Source: Vicinamibacterales bacterium
GTDB taxonomy: Bacteria; Acidobacteriota; Vicinamibacteria; Vicinamibacterales; JAKQTR01
Direction of reading: 5' to 3'
Length of the DNA stretch: 64,000 bases
Assembly (NCBI GenBank): GCA_025456345.1
Contig: JALOKU010000002.1
Location: 70,024-134,023, forward strand
The number at the start of each line of letters is the position of its first letter. The stretch's first letter is position 1. Shown piece after piece: positions 8,949 through 16,619 of this stretch. The position numbers and the translations under genes are program-made. Below the pieces are notes generated by a model, which worked only from the letters and a program-made list of their open reading frames with translations, was not told where the DNA came from and made no database searches.

Positions 8949-10787
8949 ATGGTGGGCACGATTGTCGGCACGTACCGGCTCGAGGAACTGCTGGGCGACG
9001 GCGGGCTCGGCGGCGTCTACCGCGCCGTCGACGGCGCGAGCGGCAAGGAGGCGGCCTTCCGCGTGTTCGCGCGGGAAGTGTCGGCCGACGCCATGCTCGC
9101 CGATCGGCTGCGCGCCATGGCGCCGGCGCTGAAGAAGCTGCAGCACCCGAACATCGCGGCCTTCTTCGAGCTGGTGAGCGTTGGCGCCGACCTCGCCCTC
9201 TTCATCGAGTACGTGCCCGGCGCGTCGCTCGAGGCGGTGCGCGACCCGGCGGGCCGCCTGGACACGAACGTGTCGGTCAGCTGCGCGGTGCAGGTGTTGC
9301 GCGCTCTCGAGGCCGCCCACAGCGCGGGCGTGCTCCATCACGCGCTGCGGCCGAGCAACGTGATGGTGACGCGGCAGGGCACGGTCAAGGTGCTGGATTT
9401 CGGAATCGGCCACGCCCTGGGAGCCAACCGCAAGACACGCGAGGACCGGCTGCTCACGGTGCTGGCATACCTCGCGCCGGAGCAGATCCAGAACCAGCCC
9501 GGGGACGCGCGGTCCGACATCTATGCCGCCGGCGTCCTGCTCTACCAGTTGCTCACCGGCAAGCTGCCGTTCGACCACAAGACCGAGTTTGCACTTCGCC
9601 AGGCCCACCTCTCGGAGCCGCCCGCCGCGCCGCGGACCATCGTGCCCGGGCTGCCAGAGTGGCTCGACCAGGCCGTCCTGCGCGCGCTGGCGAAGCACCC
9701 CGCCTCGCGGTACCAAAACGCCACCGAGTTCCGCGCCGTCCTCGAGGCGGCACTTGGCCTGTCGACCTCCAGAGAAGCCGCCATCGTCAGGCAGCGGGAC
9801 GGCGCCCCCGTGGAGACCTTCGCCGCGGCGCCGCCGATCCCGCCGTCTGCGCCGGCGGCCGCGGGTGGCGCCCTGGCCGAACGCACGGGCTCCGCGCCGG
9901 TGCCGCCCGCGAATGCGGTGGCGGCCCCCGGCGCCGACACCGCCGAGACGGTCGTGGCGGCACCGGCGGGCGGCAGGGCTGCTGGTGCGGCCGTCACGCG
10001 GGCGGCGGTGTCGCCGCCAGCCGCGGCCGCGAAGGCCGCGGCGCGAGGGCCACTCGTGCTCGCCGCCTCGACCCTGGTTGCGCTCGGTCTGGTTGCGGCC
10101 GGCGCGTATGTCTGGCTGCGCGGACCGGCGCCGCCGGCACCGGCCGAGCTGGCGCCGGCGGCCGAACAGGCGGCCGCCGCCCCGGCCCTCGCGGTCACCC
10201 TTCCGGAGGCGCCCGCCGCGCAGCGGCCAGCCCAGGCCGTGGAACCCGCCTCACCGGCGCCGCCACCGGCGCCCGCGGGCCCCGCTGCCACGCCGACGCA
10301 GGGCACCGTGCAGGCGCCGGGCCGCAAACCCCAGGCGAAGCCCGCGGCCGGCCAGAAGCCCGCGGCGCCCGTGCCGGCGACGCCGGTGCTGGCGACGACC
10401 GGGCCCCTTGTCGTGACGACGCCGCCGGAAGTGCCGGCGCCAGCGGCCGCGAAGGTCCCCGACGTGTCGTACAGAAAGGTCAAGCTCATCACGCAGGCGG
10501 GATCCTCCGAGCGATCGACGGACGTCGTCATGCAGTTCAGCGACGACCGGCTGATCGTGACGCCGGCCGGCGGAGGCGCGGCCCTTCGTAGCGTGCGCTA
10601 CGCGGAGATCACGGCGGTGTCGTACTCGAAGGCCGAGAAGAAGCGCCTGGGGTTCATCAAGAGCGCCCGGCACCTGCTCGCGGTCGAAACGGCAGGGGAG
10701 CCGCTCCTGCTGCGCCTCGACAACGACAACGTCCAGCCGATCCTCGCGGCCATCGAGGCGCGAACAGGCCAGACGGTGAGCCGATGA
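8949..10787 (+). CDS. membrane-anchored Ser/Thr-kinase-fold protein, predicted pseudokinase, with C-terminal PH-like domain
   Basis: Gly loop LGDGGLGGVY, DFG and APE present. However, the beta3 Lys is replaced (AAFRVF, R38) and HRDLKPxN reads HHALRPSN (A132, R134). A Pro/Ala-rich linker is followed by one TM helix (LVLAASTLVALGLVAAGAYVWL) and a C-terminal globular domain of about 110 aa. Confidence 0.85.
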   Translation: MVGTIVGTYRLEELLGDGGLGGVYRAVDGASGKEAAFRVFAREVSADAMLADRLRAMAPALKKLQHPNIAAFFELVSVGADLALFIEYVPGASLEAVRDPAGRLDTNVSVSCAVQVLRALEAAHSAGVLHHALRPSNVMVTRQGTVKVLDFGIGHALGANRKTREDRLLTVLAYLAPEQIQNQPGDARSDIYAAGVLLYQLLTGKLPFDHKTEFALRQAHLSEPPAAPRTIVPGLPEWLDQAVLRALAKHPASRYQNATEFRAVLEAALGLSTSREAAIVRQRDGAPVETFAAAPPIPPSAPAAAGGALAERTGSAPVPPANAVAAPGADTAETVVAAPAGGRAAGAAVTRAAVSPPAAAAKAAARGPLVLAASTLVALGLVAAGAYVWLRGPAPPAPAELAPAAEQAAAAPALAVTLPEAPAAQRPAQAVEPASPAPPPAPAGPAATPTQGTVQAPGRKPQAKPAAGQKPAAPVPATPVLATTGPLVVTTPPEVPAPAAAKVPDVSYRKVKLITQAGSSERSTDVVMQFSDDRLIVTPAGGGAALRSVRYAEITAVSYSKAEKKRLGFIKSARHLLAVETAGEPLLLRLDNDNVQPILAAIEARTGQTVSR

Positions 10788-12919
10788 GGCCGCGTGTCGT
10801 CCTCGAGATCGTCCGCAAGGAGCTGACCGAGACGCTCCGGGACCGTCGCACGCTCATGCTGATGATCGCGCTGCCGGTGCTGATCTATCCGCTGCTCATG
10901 ATCGGGTTCAGCAAGCTCCAGGTGTCGCAGCTTGAAGCGACGGCGGAACGCACGTCGCGCATCGCGGTCTGGGGGGCGGCACCGGACGGTCTGCGCGAGG
11001 CGATCGTCGGCGACGGCAAGATCGCCATCGACGGCGGGATCCGGCCGTCCGATGCGGTGAAGAACGGGCTGGAGCAGGGGACGCTGACCAGGCCCGAGGT
11101 GGCGCCCCGTTCCGCTGGCGCGCGCCCGGGCGGGCAGGGCGCACGACAGGCGGCGGCGGGCCCGCCCGAGCCCGACAATCCTGTGCTCGAGGCTGCCCGA
11201 GCCGCGGTCGTCGAACGCCGGGCCGACGCGGTGCTCGTGCTGTGGCCGGATGTCGGGCCGGCGCTGGCCGCGGCCGGGGCCGGCAGCGTCTCCATCTACT
11301 TCGATTCGGTCCGGGAGGATTCCCTCGAAGCCCAATCGAGGCTCGAGTCCGCCCTCGGCGCCTACCGTGCCGGGCTGGTGGCGGAACGGGAGCGCGCGCA
11401 CGGCCTTGTCCGGGGCTTCGCGCTCGGCCTCGACGTCAGGGCGACCAACGTGGCCCGGGAGGCGCGGCGGTCGGGCCAGATCCTCGGCCTCTTCCTGCCG
11501 TTCCTCCTCGTGACGATGTCGCTGCTCGGCGGGTTCTACCCGGCCATCGATCTCACCGCCGGCGAGAAGGAGCGGGGCACGATGCAGACGCTGCTCTGCG
11601 CGCCCGTCAGCCCGCTCGAGATCGTCGCCGGCAAGTACCTCGCGGTCTGGGTCACGAGCCTGATCGCGGCCTTCGCCAACGTCGTGTCGCTCGGCATCAC
11701 GGTGATGCGCATCCTGCCTGGCGATGCGATCAGCGTGTCGCCCTCGACGCTGCTGCTGGCGTTCGCGATGCTCCTCCCGGTCACCCTGTTCATCACAGCC
11801 GTCTTCCTTGCGGTGGCCGCCTTCGCCAAGGACTTCAAGGACGGGCAGAACTTCCTCACGCCCGTTTACATGCTGCTCGCGATGCCGGCGGGCGTCACGA
11901 TGCTGCGGGGCATCGAACTCAACGCCTGGACGGCGTTCGTGCCGGTGGTGAACATCGCGCTGCTCATCAAGGCCCTCCTCATCTCGGAGGCCGCGCCCGA
12001 CCTCATCTTCCTGTCGCTGCTCTCGTCGACCGCCTACGCGGCGATGGCCGTGATGCTGGCCGCACGCGTCTTCGCCCGGGAGCAGGTGCTGCTCGGCGGG
12101 CGCGACTCGCTGCGGGCCCTCCTGGGGTTCGAGCGGCAGACCGGCGGGACGCCCTCGCCGGCGTTCGCGCTCACCGCTTTCGCGCTCGTGCTGGTGCTGG
12201 CCTTCTACGGGAGCCTGCTCCTGCAATCGGCCGGCACCATGGCCACCCTGCTGGTCACCGAGTTCGGGTTCTTTCTCGCTCCAACGCTGCTGCTCGTTGT
12301 CGGATTCGGGTTCTCGCTCACGCGGACGCTCTCCCTGCGGCGGCCCCCGCTCGCCGGCCTGGTCGCCGCAATACTCATCGGGTCGTCGGCGTGGGCCGTG
12401 GTTGCCGGTGGCCTCCTCCGGCTGCTGCCGCCTCCGGAGTCGCTGGTGCGCGCCCTCGAACAACTGCTGCTGCTCGACGGGGCGCCTGCGCCGCTCTGGC
12501 TCGTGTGGCTGGTCATCGGCGTCATTCCGGCGATGAGCGAAGAGTTGTTCTTCAGGGGCCTGGTGCTCTCGGGGCTGAGGCGCCTCGGCATGTGGCCCGC
12601 GCTCCTCACGTGCGCCCTGCTCTTCGCGCTGGCGCACAGCTCGGTCTACCGGCTGATCCCGACGTTCTTCATCGGCGTGTTGCTGTCGTGGCTGGTCTGG
12701 AAGACGGGATCGATCTGGACCAGCATCCTCGCGCACGCGCTGAACAACGGCATCGCGGCGACGCTGGTCTACAGCAAGCCGTTGGCCGCGGCCATCGGGG
12801 CGGGCACGCACGCCTACCTGGGCTGGAAGCCCACGCTGGCGGCCGTCGTCGTGCTGGCGGCCGGGTTGCTGGTGCTTCGGTACGTGCCGCCCGGAGTGGC
12901 CGACCCAGAGAAACAGTGA
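10784..12919 (+). CDS. ABC-2 type permease fused to CPBP (CAAX) intramembrane protease domain
   Basis: 711 aa. The N-terminal NatB-like permease has a large loop. The C-terminal part has CPBP motifs EELFFRG, FALAHS and ILAHALNN. The start overlaps the kinase-like stop (ATGA at 10784-10787). Confidence 0.85.
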   Translation: MRPRVVLEIVRKELTETLRDRRTLMLMIALPVLIYPLLMIGFSKLQVSQLEATAERTSRIAVWGAAPDGLREAIVGDGKIAIDGGIRPSDAVKNGLEQGTLTRPEVAPRSAGARPGGQGARQAAAGPPEPDNPVLEAARAAVVERRADAVLVLWPDVGPALAAAGAGSVSIYFDSVREDSLEAQSRLESALGAYRAGLVAERERAHGLVRGFALGLDVRATNVAREARRSGQILGLFLPFLLVTMSLLGGFYPAIDLTAGEKERGTMQTLLCAPVSPLEIVAGKYLAVWVTSLIAAFANVVSLGITVMRILPGDAISVSPSTLLLAFAMLLPVTLFITAVFLAVAAFAKDFKDGQNFLTPVYMLLAMPAGVTMLRGIELNAWTAFVPVVNIALLIKALLISEAAPDLIFLSLLSSTAYAAMAVMLAARVFAREQVLLGGRDSLRALLGFERQTGGTPSPAFALTAFALVLVLAFYGSLLLQSAGTMATLLVTEFGFFLAPTLLLVVGFGFSLTRTLSLRRPPLAGLVAAILIGSSAWAVVAGGLLRLLPPPESLVRALEQLLLLDGAPAPLWLVWLVIGVIPAMSEELFFRGLVLSGLRRLGMWPALLTCALLFALAHSSVYRLIPTFFIGVLLSWLVWKTGSIWTSILAHALNNGIAATLVYSKPLAAAIGAGTHAYLGWKPTLAAVVVLAAGLLVLRYVPPGVADPEKQ

Positions 12920-12932
12920 CAGGTCCCATTTC

Positions 12933-12974
12933 GAGGCGAGAGGCGAGAGGCGAGAGGCGAGAGGCGAGAGGCGA
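12933..12974 (+). repeat. tandem heptamer array (GAGGCGA)x6, perfect
   Basis: Six perfect 7-nt units read directly, starting 13 nt after the TGA stop at 12917-12919. Lies between convergent genes. Flanked by the inverted repeat GACAGGTCCCATT (12919-12931) / AATGGGATCTGTC (13047-13059). Confidence 0.95.
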
Positions 12975-13065
12975 GTCGGAGGCATACTGACCGCGCCCAG
13001 CCGCCGAAAAAAGTGCCAGGTCCCAGTTCCGCCCGCCCGGACGGGGAATGGGATCTGTCGTTCGT

Positions 13066-14070
13066 TCAGGCGATTTCGAGGACGATCTTCCCGAATTGAT
13101 CCGCGAGGTCCATCCTCCGGTGGGCGTCCGGCGCGGCCAGCAGCGGGAAGACCCGGTCCACGACGGGCACGATCGGGCCGTCGAAGAGCGCCAGCATCGC
13201 TGCAAATTCCGCGGGCGTGCCCATGGTGGTGCCGAGGATGCTGATCTGCTTCCAGAAGATCCGCCGGACTTCGACGGTGGACGGCGACCCGGTCGTCGCG
13301 CCGAACGTGACGACGCGCCCGCCCGGCTTGACGATGTCGAGCAGGGTCGAGAAGACACCACGTCCCGCGCTGTCGACGATGACGTCGGGGCCGCCCTCGG
13401 TGAGCGCCTGCACCTGTGTCCCCCACGCCTCGTCCGTGTAGTTGACGCCACCATCCGCTCCGAGTTGGCGGGCGCGGGCGATCTTGGCGTCGCTGCTCGA
13501 GGTGACGATCACGCGCGCGCCGAGGTGGCGTGCGACCAGGAGCGCGAGTGTGGCCACGCCGCCGCCGATGCCGGTGACAAGCACTGTCTCGCCGGGCAGG
13601 ACGCGCGCCCGGGTCACGATCGCGCGATAGGCCGTCAGGCCCGCCAGCGGAATGGCTGCCGCCGCCTCCCATGACAGCGCGGCTGGCTTGGCGAACAGGT
13701 TCTCGGCGGGGACCTTGACACGCTGCGCGTACGTGCCGTCGTCGGGCAGGCCGAGGATCTTGTACGACGGCCCCTGGACACGGGCATCGGCGCCCCAGCC
13801 GACACTGGGGTTGATGACCACCTGGCGTCCGAGCCATGCGGGGTCGACGCCGTCGCCGACCGCGGCCACCTCGCCCGCGCCATCGGAGCCGAGGATGACG
13901 GGCAGCCTGATGCCGGCGTACAGGCCCTTCCTGATCCAGGCATCGCGGTGGTTGAGCGCCGCCGCCCGCAGCGCCACGACGGCTTCGCCGGGACCCGGCT
14001 GAGGATCGCCGACCTGCTCCAGGACCAGCCCCTCGGGCCCGCCGAGTTCGCGCAGAACAATGGCTTTCAT
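13066..14070 (-). CDS. zinc-type alcohol dehydrogenase / quinone oxidoreductase family protein
   Basis: MKAIVLRELGGPEGL start at 14070, with MDR-family motifs (GSDGAGEV, VLVTGIGGGV). Confidence 0.85.
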   Translation of the reverse strand: MKAIVLRELGGPEGLVLEQVGDPQPGPGEAVVALRAAALNHRDAWIRKGLYAGIRLPVILGSDGAGEVAAVGDGVDPAWLGRQVVINPSVGWGADARVQGPSYKILGLPDDGTYAQRVKVPAENLFAKPAALSWEAAAAIPLAGLTAYRAIVTRARVLPGETVLVTGIGGGVATLALLVARHLGARVIVTSSSDAKIARARQLGADGGVNYTDEAWGTQVQALTEGGPDVIVDSAGRGVFSTLLDIVKPGGRVVTFGATTGSPSTVEVRRIFWKQISILGTTMGTPAEFAAMLALFDGPIVPVVDRVFPLLAAPDAHRRMDLADQFGKIVLEIA

Positions 14071-14113
14071 GACCGTGACAGCATACCACCGGGGTCTGCT
14101 ACGCTTGACGGCC

Positions 14114-15274
14114 ATGACGTCGCGGGAACGAATGAACCGGGCCATGCGGCCGCGCGCCGGGCAGTTGCCCGATCGCGTCCCGCTCATGTGCCAGCTCTCG
14201 CTCGGTCACTACTTCCTGCACGCGGGCGGCCGCGCCATTGACATCTGGCATGACACGCCGGCGTTCGGAGACGCCCTGCTCGCGCTGCAGCAGCGGTACG
14301 CCTTCGACGGCATCCTGGTGAACCTGCCGGGCCGCGAACCAGGCTGGCGCGCGCATCTCTCCGCCGTGGAACGGCGCGGCGACGACGCCATCCTCCGCTG
14401 GGCGAACGGCGCGGTGACCACGGCGCCGCCGGATGACAATCCGCACGTCTGCGCAGCCGGCGGAGCGCGGATGGGGAGGCCCACCTTCGCCGCCGCCGAC
14501 CCGGAGCGGCTGTTCTACGTCGAACCGCACGGCCAGTCCGGCGCCACGCTGGTTGAGGCCGGCGGGTTCCCGGCGTGGCAGTTCGACACGATCCGTTACG
14601 TGCGGGAGCGCGCGCCGGGCGTGTCCGTGCATGGCGAGGTGTTCTCGCCGTTCTCGCAGTGGCTCGAGTGGCTCGAGCATGCCGACGCCCTGATGGCGCT
14701 CGTGGAAGATCCCGGGAAAGTCGCGGCGTGCCTGGCGCGGCTCGCCGACGGCGCGGCCGACCTGGGGCGGGGACAGGCCGCCGCGGGCGTCGACGCCATC
14801 CTGATCTCGTCAGCCTTTGCCGGGGCCGGTTTCATCTCGCGGCGCCAGTACCGGACGTTCGTCCTCCCGTTCGAGCGCGCGGTCGTCGAGGGCGTCAAGC
14901 AGGCGTACCCGGACCTGCCGGTCTACACGCACACCTGCGGCGCGATTGGCGACCGGCTGGACCTGATGGAGGAGACGGGCACGGACGGTCTCGACGCGCT
15001 GGACCCGCCGCCGCTCGGGACGGTGGCACTGGCCGATGCGAAGCGACGCTTCGGCCAGCGGCTCTTCCTCAAGGGCAATCTCGACCCGGTGGCGACGCTG
15101 CTGAACGGCACCGCCGATGCGTGCTTCGCGGCGGCGCTCGAGCGAATGGCCGCCGCAAAGGCAGGAGGCGGGTACATTCTCAGCAGCGCCTGCTCGGTAG
15201 CGCCGCACACGCCGCCGGAGAACATCATGCAGCTTGCGCGCGCGGCCGACGTCGCGGGCTGGTACTCAGATTGA
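14114..15274 (+). CDS. uroporphyrinogen decarboxylase (URO-D) family protein
   Basis: 386 aa from MTSRERMNRAM...DRVPLM, the typical URO-D/MtaA-family N-terminus, with TIM-barrel-length sequence. Substrate unknown. Confidence 0.7.
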   Translation: MTSRERMNRAMRPRAGQLPDRVPLMCQLSLGHYFLHAGGRAIDIWHDTPAFGDALLALQQRYAFDGILVNLPGREPGWRAHLSAVERRGDDAILRWANGAVTTAPPDDNPHVCAAGGARMGRPTFAAADPERLFYVEPHGQSGATLVEAGGFPAWQFDTIRYVRERAPGVSVHGEVFSPFSQWLEWLEHADALMALVEDPGKVAACLARLADGAADLGRGQAAAGVDAILISSAFAGAGFISRRQYRTFVLPFERAVVEGVKQAYPDLPVYTHTCGAIGDRLDLMEETGTDGLDALDPPPLGTVALADAKRRFGQRLFLKGNLDPVATLLNGTADACFAAALERMAAAKAGGGYILSSACSVAPHTPPENIMQLARAADVAGWYSD

Positions 15275-15288
15275 CGGCCGCTCGAAAC

Positions 15289-15404
15289 AGAAGCAAGAAG
15301 CAAGAAGCAAGAAGCAAGAAGCAAGAAGAAGCCTCACAGGTGCAGCGTGCCTGCTTCTGGCTTCTGACAATCGTCAGTTGGCCCTTCTGGCTTCTTGCTT
15401 CTGA
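15289..15404 (+). repeat. heptamer-array inverted-repeat element, AGAAGCA flavour
   Basis: (AGAAGCA)x5 perfect at 15289-15323 plus one degenerate unit, then a spacer and the conserved module 15351-15404 with the CTGAC-AATC-GTCAG mini-hairpin (15364-15377). Fills the gap between convergent genes. Confidence 0.95.
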
Positions 15405-15410
15405 TCCTCG

Positions 15411-16424
15411 TCAGTCCGTATTCTGATCGTTCTCCACAGGTCCGCCGGTGGCCAGCGGTTTCTTGAACCAGGACGCGTCCGCCACGTACGCCGCGGTCAG
15501 CCCCTCCAGGCGGGCCATCTCCGCGGCCGGCAGCGGCGAGAAGTTCTTCGCGAGGCTGATGTTCTCCTCGAGCTGCTCGACGGTCTTGCAGCCGATGATC
15601 ACGGTGCTGATCGGCAGCGTGAGCGTGTAGCTCATCGCGTCCTTCATCGTCGAGACGCCGTCCGGGCGGAACAGGCGGTCACGCGCCGGGATCTTCATGC
15701 CGATGACGCCCATGTTCTTCTTGTTGGCGAGGGCGAGCAGATCCGTCTGGAACGGCAGCCGGTGCTTGTCGGCCGGGTTGAGCGCCATCAGGATCGTGTC
15801 GAAGTCGAAGCGCTCGAGGGCCCTGTAGAGGACGGCGGGATCGTAGTGGCCGGTGATCCCGAGGAAGCGCACCATCTTCTGGTCGCGCGCCTTGAGCAGC
15901 GCCTCGATCGCACCGTCCTTGGCGAAGATCTGCTCGACCTGCTCGTCGCGCATCACGTTGTGCAGCTGCCAGAGATCGAGATGGTCGGTCTTGAGCAGCC
16001 TGAGGCTCTGGTCGAGCAGCTTGAGCGAGCCGTCGCGGGTCCGGTCGTCGGTCTTGCTCGCGAGGAAGACCTCCTTGCGGCGCGTGGCCATCACCTCGCC
16101 GATGTAGGTCTGGCTGATGCCGTTCAGTTCCCACCGCGGCGTGTCCGCCGTGCGGGGCCGGCCGTAGGCGGCGGCCGTGTCGATGTAGTTCACGCCGAGG
16201 TCGATCGCGCGGTTGATGATCGCGATCGAGACGTCGTGCTTGTCGGGCAGTTCGATCGACGCCTGGCCGCCCAGGCTGAACAGCCTCACCAGGTGCCCGG
16301 TGCGGCCGAGGGGACGCTCGGGCATGGGCGGCGCGGCCGTGGCGAGCCCGGAGCCCACGGCCAGGGCTGCCGCGCCGGTCACGCCCAGTTTCACGAACTC
16401 GCGTCGGGTCAGGTCTTCGGCCAT
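15411..16424 (-). CDS. aldo/keto reductase with twin-arginine signal peptide
   Basis: ATG at 16424 after GGAGGAG. MAEDLTRREFVKLGVTGAAALAVGSG is a Tat-type leader. AKR body (GVNYIDTAAAYG). Confidence 0.85.
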   Translation of the reverse strand: MAEDLTRREFVKLGVTGAAALAVGSGLATAAPPMPERPLGRTGHLVRLFSLGGQASIELPDKHDVSIAIINRAIDLGVNYIDTAAAYGRPRTADTPRWELNGISQTYIGEVMATRRKEVFLASKTDDRTRDGSLKLLDQSLRLLKTDHLDLWQLHNVMRDEQVEQIFAKDGAIEALLKARDQKMVRFLGITGHYDPAVLYRALERFDFDTILMALNPADKHRLPFQTDLLALANKKNMGVIGMKIPARDRLFRPDGVSTMKDAMSYTLTLPISTVIIGCKTVEQLEENISLAKNFSPLPAAEMARLEGLTAAYVADASWFKKPLATGGPVENDQNTD

Positions 16425-16619
16425 CGTGAACTCCTCCAATCGAGTCACCTTACCTCCGGCGGCCGCTCCCGGCAACCGGAAACCGCCGGCCCGCCCGGTG
16501 GCGTCGGCGGCCTCCCTCCCGGTGCCGCGGGCTGTTGCGTCGCTGCCTCCACCGGAAGTACGTTAGACCTCTCCCTGGACCCAGGGCGTGCCCGGCTTTC
16601 GCACAGAAGGACGCTGCCG

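Noticed and set aside
8949-10787. Annotating this gene as an active Ser/Thr protein kinase.
   Set aside because: The catalytic Lys (beta3) and the HRD Asp are both substituted (R38; H130-H131-A132), so phosphotransfer activity is unlikely.
10598-14089. Very long ORFs, many of them antisense to recognised genes. Examples: 10598-14089 (1163 aa), 47238-50165 (975 aa), 58976-62251 (1091 aa), 16563-18866, 30068-32152, 52190-54316, 37402-40245 upstream part, 3106-4656, 5547-7217.
   Set aside because: Their translations are Arg/Pro/Gly/Ala-rich low-complexity strings with no motifs. Each overlaps a motif-supported gene in another frame or on the other strand. Stop-poor alternative frames are expected in very GC-rich DNA.
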